Positions 59,206 through 64,000 of a stretch of 64,000 nt of DNA are shown piece by piece. Within the stretch, counting starts at the first letter, position 1, and each line of letters opens with the position of its first letter. The DNA lies in the IMG/VR virus record IMGVR_UViG_3300028048_000105; one strand, written 5' to 3'. The stretch comes from a virus. Lineage: Duplodnaviria; Heunggongvirae; Uroviricota; Caudoviricetes. The translations under genes and the position numbers were made by a program. The notes under the pieces are model-generated. The model made no database searches and had not been told where the DNA came from. It worked only from the letters and a program-made list of their open reading frames with translations.

Positions 59206-59652
59206 TCAACCACTTTTTGCGGTTAGCCTTTCTTCCATTGTATCACCTGGAACCATTCCGTATCCAACATCCTTACTGAAAGCTTTGTAATACTGTCCGA
59301 TACATTCACACAGCTTCTCAAAATTTTCAACACGGCATTTCTTCCCATCGTTAGCGAAATCATACTGTAATTCGTTACATTGATTACTTGCATTGACATA
59401 CTCTTCCGCAATCATATACATTTCCTTTAATTTCTTTGAAGCAAACCCGGCTTTGAAGACACCATGGTAAAATACCAGTACAGGTCCTGCAACCAACAGA
59501 ACAATTCCTACAAGATACAAAAATCCAAGCCCAATAACAAGAAACTCATATCCAACTGCCTGAAAATATTCAGCTGCTCCAGCCCCGGTCTTTCCGACAC
59601 TCGTCATCGCCTCCGTCGCATGCTGCAACAAATCAAGATACTTGTTTAACAT
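59206..59652 (-). CDS. membrane protein, hypothetical
   Basis: 148 aa with central hydrophobic helices. Confidence 0.4.
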   Translation of the reverse strand: MLNKYLDLLQHATEAMTSVGKTGAGAAEYFQAVGYEFLVIGLGFLYLVGIVLLVAGPVLVFYHGVFKAGFASKKLKEMYMIAEEYVNASNQCNELQYDFANDGKKCRVENFEKLCECIGQYYKAFSKDVGYGMVPGDTMEERLTAKSG

Positions 59653-59775
59653 CTTCTTTTTTCCTCCTTAAATCACAAACAATTTACAATTATGCTGCAA
59701 AAACAAAAGCATGGACTGGCCACACATTTCTCATACCGCCTCTTCCTTTCTGCGGGTTTCCAGCTTTTCCACGGT

Positions 59776-60000
59776 TCAGAGAATATGCTGGCAGACAAGT
59801 CCGCGCTCTAAGATGTTGTATTCAAAATCCGTCGAGGTTCCAAATTCCGGGAAATACTGAGAACCGTGGATATAGGGAATTCCCTTCCATTTCCCGGACG
59901 TATCACACTTGATGATGCCGTAAGAGTTGAGGTCCGGGCACCACACGGGCTGCCCTTGCATGTTTTTCAATTCTTCCAAAGTTAATGCTTCTTTGCTCAT
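59776..60000 (-). CDS. small hypothetical protein
   Basis: 74 aa, preceded by tRNA-like leader variant and module A. Confidence 0.4.
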   Translation of the reverse strand: MSKEALTLEELKNMQGQPVWCPDLNSYGIIKCDTSGKWKGIPYIHGSQYFPEFGTSTDFEYNILERGLVCQHIL

Positions 60001-60002
60001 TC

Positions 60003-60224
60003 TTTTTCCCCTTTCTTCTTATACGAAAGGAATCCTCCGGACTCGAACCGGATGAACAGCCACTTTGTGTCCAGTGCTGGCAAAGCTCTGTGGACTCCTC
60101 CTGTACTGCCCCGTAACAGGAGGACAGCGCAGTCATAGATATACATTTAAAATTCGGAGGTCTGTGGAGAGACGAATCTCCACAGGAAAAGGCAGGACCA
60201 TGAATCCTTTTATGCCTTTTCAAT
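60003..60224 (-). ncRNA. tRNA-like structured leader element, copy 5 (divergent; T-arm CCGGUUCGAGUCCGG, acceptor GGAGUCC/GGAUUCC)
   Basis: Between module A (60225-60258) and the 59776..60000 start. Confidence 0.35.
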
Positions 60225-60402
60225 ACACATATTGCGCCATTTGAAAAATCGTCAAAGGATTTCGGAAACTTTTTAATTTTTTTTCAAAGTTTTTGAGAAA
60301 ATCTTTGGAAAAGAGAAAATATAGGAAAAATTGCCACGAAGGTTGCCATAAAAAAGAGCCCGTCATCAGACGAACCCTTTCATTTCATTTCATTTTATTC
60401 CA

Positions 60403-61899
60403 TTATGCAAATTTCACTATTTTCCCATCCATGTTCAAGGCTTGTAACACATACTTTTTAACAAATTTTCCAATTGCCTGGGTTACACCGTTTCCAATCT
60501 GCTGTTGTTTCGCGTTTAAGGTTGATCCGAAAACTTTGAATTCCTTTGGGAGTCCCATAAGCGCTGCCGCCTCGGATACATTAAGAATACGGTTTTCCTC
60601 TGGATGTGTGAGGTTGATTTTCCTCCAGTTTACCAGGGTAGGCGACGGCTGATCCCATGCAAGGCGTTGGTAAATATCAGAGTGCGTTGCCGGTCCAAAT
60701 TTATGGATTTCCGGAGGAACATCTTTCCAGTTACCTCCCTGCGGAACGTAGCTCATTGTCAACCGGGTGGACTCTCTTGGGAGAGTCACATCGTCCCAGG
60801 TCAACCATGTACTATCCACGTCTTTTAATGCATCCCTTACGGTTTTTACCGTTTGAAATGTTACATCTGGGAGCACAATCTCGCCAATTCTGCTTCCGAT
60901 AACAATCGCTCTTTTCCGGGTTGTGTACCCGCCAACCGATGAATCACACACAACTTTCGTTGTAATCTTATACTCCGGGAGAAAATTAAATACCTTATTG
61001 ATATACATTCCGTGTTCCTTTGTAAGAAGCTGTGGTACATTTTCAATTACAAAGACCTTCGGCTGCTTACACTTGACGATCCGGATGTAATCTTCAATCA
61101 ACAGGCGTTTCTTTTCTGCATCCTCACTTTTCTCATTTCTTCTGTTTGCCGAAGAATACGCCTGGCAGCATGGGCCACCGATAACAACATCGGCGTCTGG
61201 CACGTCTTTTGCATCAACGTTCCTGATATCATCGCACATGATATGATTTCCGATATTATTCCGGTACGTTTCACATGCATCCTTATCGAAATCGATGCCA
61301 TATACAAATCGGAACTGCGGATCTTTAAACGCATAATCTAAAAGACCTGCCCCGGAGAAAAGAGAAACAACATCATATACTTTCTGGATCTCTTTTCTTG
61401 CCTTTCTGGAAACTGTTCCAGAAGAAGCGCTACCCTTACAGTTACTGCCACAAAGATACAAAAAATACGCATCATCGCTTAATGTTGGCTTGCCAAAAAG
61501 TTTCTGCGGATAATTCGATCCCACCGCACAATCCAGAACAATTTCTCCAGTGTATCGTCCAATAACATCCTCAATTTTTACAAGATTACTCCGATGGATG
61601 ATTTCCTTTTCTGAAACCTTCTTGATTGTATGAACAACAATCTTATTTTTGCAGACCTCAACTTCCAGGTAGTCACACGCACAAACGATTTTTCGAACTT
61701 CCTTTGAACGGATATCGAAAAGTGGCTTGTAAGCATTGCCGGATTTCTTTCTGCTCACCGTCATATTTCCGTTTTTGTCCGGAATAATAAGGATTTCCTT
61801 ATTTGCCTTATCGACAATATACCGGTACTTTTCTCCGATACCAAACAGCTTTTCCCTGATTGAGAATGTAAGTCCTCTTTTTAATCTCTTTATTTTCAT
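60403..61899 (-). CDS. dcm: DNA (cytosine-5)-methyltransferase with N-terminal extension
   Basis: Motif I FSGAGLLDYAF, motif IV PCCQAYS, motif VI ENVPQL; module B upstream. Confidence 0.8.
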   Translation of the reverse strand: MKIKRLKRGLTFSIREKLFGIGEKYRYIVDKANKEILIIPDKNGNMTVSRKKSGNAYKPLFDIRSKEVRKIVCACDYLEVEVCKNKIVVHTIKKVSEKEIIHRSNLVKIEDVIGRYTGEIVLDCAVGSNYPQKLFGKPTLSDDAYFLYLCGSNCKGSASSGTVSRKARKEIQKVYDVVSLFSGAGLLDYAFKDPQFRFVYGIDFDKDACETYRNNIGNHIMCDDIRNVDAKDVPDADVVIGGPCCQAYSSANRRNEKSEDAEKKRLLIEDYIRIVKCKQPKVFVIENVPQLLTKEHGMYINKVFNFLPEYKITTKVVCDSSVGGYTTRKRAIVIGSRIGEIVLPDVTFQTVKTVRDALKDVDSTWLTWDDVTLPRESTRLTMSYVPQGGNWKDVPPEIHKFGPATHSDIYQRLAWDQPSPTLVNWRKINLTHPEENRILNVSEAAALMGLPKEFKVFGSTLNAKQQQIGNGVTQAIGKFVKKYVLQALNMDGKIVKFA

Positions 61900-61999
61900 G
61901 ATTTTTCTCCTTTCAATTGATAAAAATGTTTACACAGAAAATATGAGATAAAAAAAAAGAGCCTGCCACAGTCAGACTCTTTTATACATTTGTTTCAGT

Positions 62000-62854
62000 T
62001 TACGATTCCACTTCTCGCATTGTATAAAGCATTGTGAGAAGCCCCGCTTCGCCAATGCTGTCGCTATGGGAAATGATACCTTCAAGCTCGTTTAAAAATG
62101 GATCTCCATCCCCATGATCTTTCTGTGGGCATCTCTTAACCATTTCCGGCATCTTGACCTCAATGATGTCGTGGTCTCCCATGCCATCCACGCTTTTGTC
62201 ATCCCCACGTCCAAGAGCTACTTTTTTGCCATAGGTGATCGCTTCCTCGCGCTGCAAAGCGTTGAAGTAGTTTTGGGCTGAAATATTGTCATTATAAAAA
62301 TATTCAATAAAAAATCCAGTCCCACCATGGTTGTGTCCAAGACCAAATGTATTTATAACATACATCGGTTCTCCACAAGTTTCCCAGATGACACCGTCAC
62401 ATACAATATAAACCTCGGCCCTTTTATTCGCGGAATTCATTTTCTCATTAAAATTGCTTTCCTTAATAATGGATTCTTCTGAATAATCCTCTCCGCCTTT
62501 CCAGTATGGAGCCTGTTCCTGCAGCTTATATTTTAAAGTATCCAATGGCTCAAAGTTTGTGCTAATTGCTGCACCATGCGTAACTCGTACCGGCATATAC
62601 AATTTCCCGTCATATGTTCTGATCTCCTCTGGAAACATCTTGTACTCTCCGTTTCCGTCAAAATCGCTATATGACTTTGCCCCTTCATACACACACTTAT
62701 AGTCGTGTATTATAAAAGCAACCGGAAATTCTTCCTTACTGACTTCGCGAATATCAATATCAACATCTTTGCTGACGGCACACTCTCTTAATTTACGGCA
62801 TCTTTTATTTGGCAGATATTTTTCCTCATACCACAGTTTAATCGTCACTTTCAT
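62000..62854 (-). CDS. hypothetical protein (module B upstream)
   Basis: 284 aa. Confidence 0.5.
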   Translation of the reverse strand: MKVTIKLWYEEKYLPNKRCRKLRECAVSKDVDIDIREVSKEEFPVAFIIHDYKCVYEGAKSYSDFDGNGEYKMFPEEIRTYDGKLYMPVRVTHGAAISTNFEPLDTLKYKLQEQAPYWKGGEDYSEESIIKESNFNEKMNSANKRAEVYIVCDGVIWETCGEPMYVINTFGLGHNHGGTGFFIEYFYNDNISAQNYFNALQREEAITYGKKVALGRGDDKSVDGMGDHDIIEVKMPEMVKRCPQKDHGDGDPFLNELEGIISHSDSIGEAGLLTMLYTMREVES

Positions 62855-62983
62855 AGATTCTTTCTCCTTTCAACTTTGTAAAAATGTTTACATAAGGAAT
62901 ATGAAATGAAATTTCTTCTCATTTCTCACACCCACACACAAAAAAAGCCATGCGAATATGCACAGCTTTTTCTTCTTTTTCAA

Positions 62984-63787
62984 CTATCTGGCAATCAGGA
63001 TTTCCTGCGTCCAGCTTCCATAATTTCCTGCAGAGGCCATATCCAGCGGGAATTCCTCCTGACTGTACATGTACGCACAATTCAAATAACCAGGAGTTAC
63101 ATCTGGGTGAACACCACGAAAAGTTTGATTTGCTCGTTTTGCATCAGTAGCAAGCACCTCTGTCCAGCCACTCTGGAAAGGAAACTGGTTACTGCTTCCG
63201 TATGTGTAAAACCATTTACGATATCTAGCACGCATTAAAGCAGACGTTGTTTCAATGCGCGATACAGGGCTCTCCTCATCCAGTCCAAGTTTTTCCATTA
63301 CCCTTTTCATAATTGTGAAAGGATTGTCTCCACAAACATCCGCATATCCATCCACTGGATTCATTTCATGGTTGAATACAAGGCATTTGAAGGAAGGTTT
63401 CTCCTTATGTGGAACAACAACGTACGGGCACAAAACAAAAGACTTTTCATTAATCGAGAACGCATCCATTACCTGTCCTCCAGACATCTCAAACATATAT
63501 TTTCCGCTGAAAAGAACTTCATAGTCATCCATCGTCATATCCATCGGATGCAGAGTTAATATCTCGCCAGCTTCAAACCGTTTTTGATCCTCCGGCAAAT
63601 GAATCGTACCATATTTTTTGTCTGCATCCATACTGTAAAAGTATTGCACAACCCCAGAATCATCTTTCTCTTTCAAACCAAGAAGCAGTAAATTGGTTTC
63701 AAAGAAAACGGTGTGAACAATATCCTCATAATCGTACTCATCCTTTTTGAACTGTATTGTTCCATCTGCTGATTTCTTTACTTTCAT
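62984..63787 (-). CDS. hypothetical protein (module B upstream)
   Basis: 267 aa. Confidence 0.5.
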   Translation of the reverse strand: MKVKKSADGTIQFKKDEYDYEDIVHTVFFETNLLLLGLKEKDDSGVVQYFYSMDADKKYGTIHLPEDQKRFEAGEILTLHPMDMTMDDYEVLFSGKYMFEMSGGQVMDAFSINEKSFVLCPYVVVPHKEKPSFKCLVFNHEMNPVDGYADVCGDNPFTIMKRVMEKLGLDEESPVSRIETTSALMRARYRKWFYTYGSSNQFPFQSGWTEVLATDAKRANQTFRGVHPDVTPGYLNCAYMYSQEEFPLDMASAGNYGSWTQEILIAR

Positions 63788-63925
63788 CTTATTTTCTCCT
63801 TTCTAATTTACAAAATTACTTACATAAGGAATATGAAATAAAAAAAACACTCACAGGACGAAACTTTTTATTCCATATTAAAGACGTAAACCAAAAAATT
63901 TCATTATCGAAAGGAGATACAAAAT

Positions 63926-64000
63926 ATGAGTATGAACTCAATCATTTACTGCGGCATTGGATTTAACTGCGATTGTAAGCCAAAAAAATTCAAAGAATTT
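63926..64000 (+). CDS. hypothetical protein, 5' fragment (runs off window)
   Basis: module B + GAAAGGAGATACAAAAT ATG. Confidence 0.35.
   Translation, partial: MSMNSIIYCGIGFNCDCKPKKFKEF

Larger units (their letters stand above)
48700..59230 (-). mobile_element. Putative transposon-like island: ISL3 transposase + type I R-M (with nested GHKL/HExxH gene pair), flanked by inverted (CAAAAAGT)GGTTGAAA repeats
   Basis: Repeats at 48715, 48781, 48866, 48912 (one orientation) and 59004, 59060, 59159, 59200 (inverse). Confidence 0.4.

Overview
This window looks like a mosaic accessory/mobile region from a Firmicutes (Clostridia-like) genome. It is gene-dense, mostly minus-strand, and rich in phage- and plasmid-like functions: three HNH endonucleases, ASCH, Lar-like and YopX-like proteins, a MobV relaxase, a CbbX/SpoVK-like AAA+ ATPase and RecJ. 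It is punctuated by several classes of highly conserved repeats.

Main features:
- A compact type I-C-like CRISPR-Cas effector operon, cas5-cas8c(csd1)-cas7 at 25706..22398 on the minus strand, followed by a 7-repeat CRISPR array at 21722..22148. No cas3, cas4, cas1 or cas2 are anywhere in the window.
- Four satellite solo repeats or 2-repeat mini-arrays of the same family sit inside unrelated operons at 14669-14757, 25927-25958, 27967-27996 and 38121-38217.
- Two IscB (OMEGA RuvC+HNH) elements carry upstream candidate ωRNA regions and near-identical terminal hairpins (33140-34995 and 41640-43335). An IS200/IS605 TnpA plus a zinc-finger-less TnpB-like gene lies at 10192-13312, bounded by 30-bp hairpin repeats.
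- A phage-like cluster of 11 tRNAs, several noncanonical, lies at 29678-30817.
- A roughly 10.5-kb island carries a type I R-M system (hsdM-hsdS-X-GHKL/HExxH-hsdR). An ISL3 transposase is coupled to hsdR, and the island is flanked by inverted GGTTGAAA-type repeats.
- Two orphan DNA methyltransferases, a flotillin gene, an SF2 helicase, and a large array of about 20 iterons (GGTGATACTA) plus a polypyrimidine tract lie next to the MobV relaxase.
- Two promoter-like modules recur throughout. Module A (about 10 copies, all minus-facing) matches a sigma70-like TTGACG..ATGGCGCAATAT promoter. Module B (about 12 copies) is TTTCATATTnnnnATGTAAAC..GAAAGGAGA directly upstream of start codons. A tRNA-like structured leader occurs in five copies.

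The most notable candidate is the nuclease-less Cascade plus dispersed repeats, which suggests a Cas3-independent RNA-guided or RNA-processing regulatory role on a mobile element.
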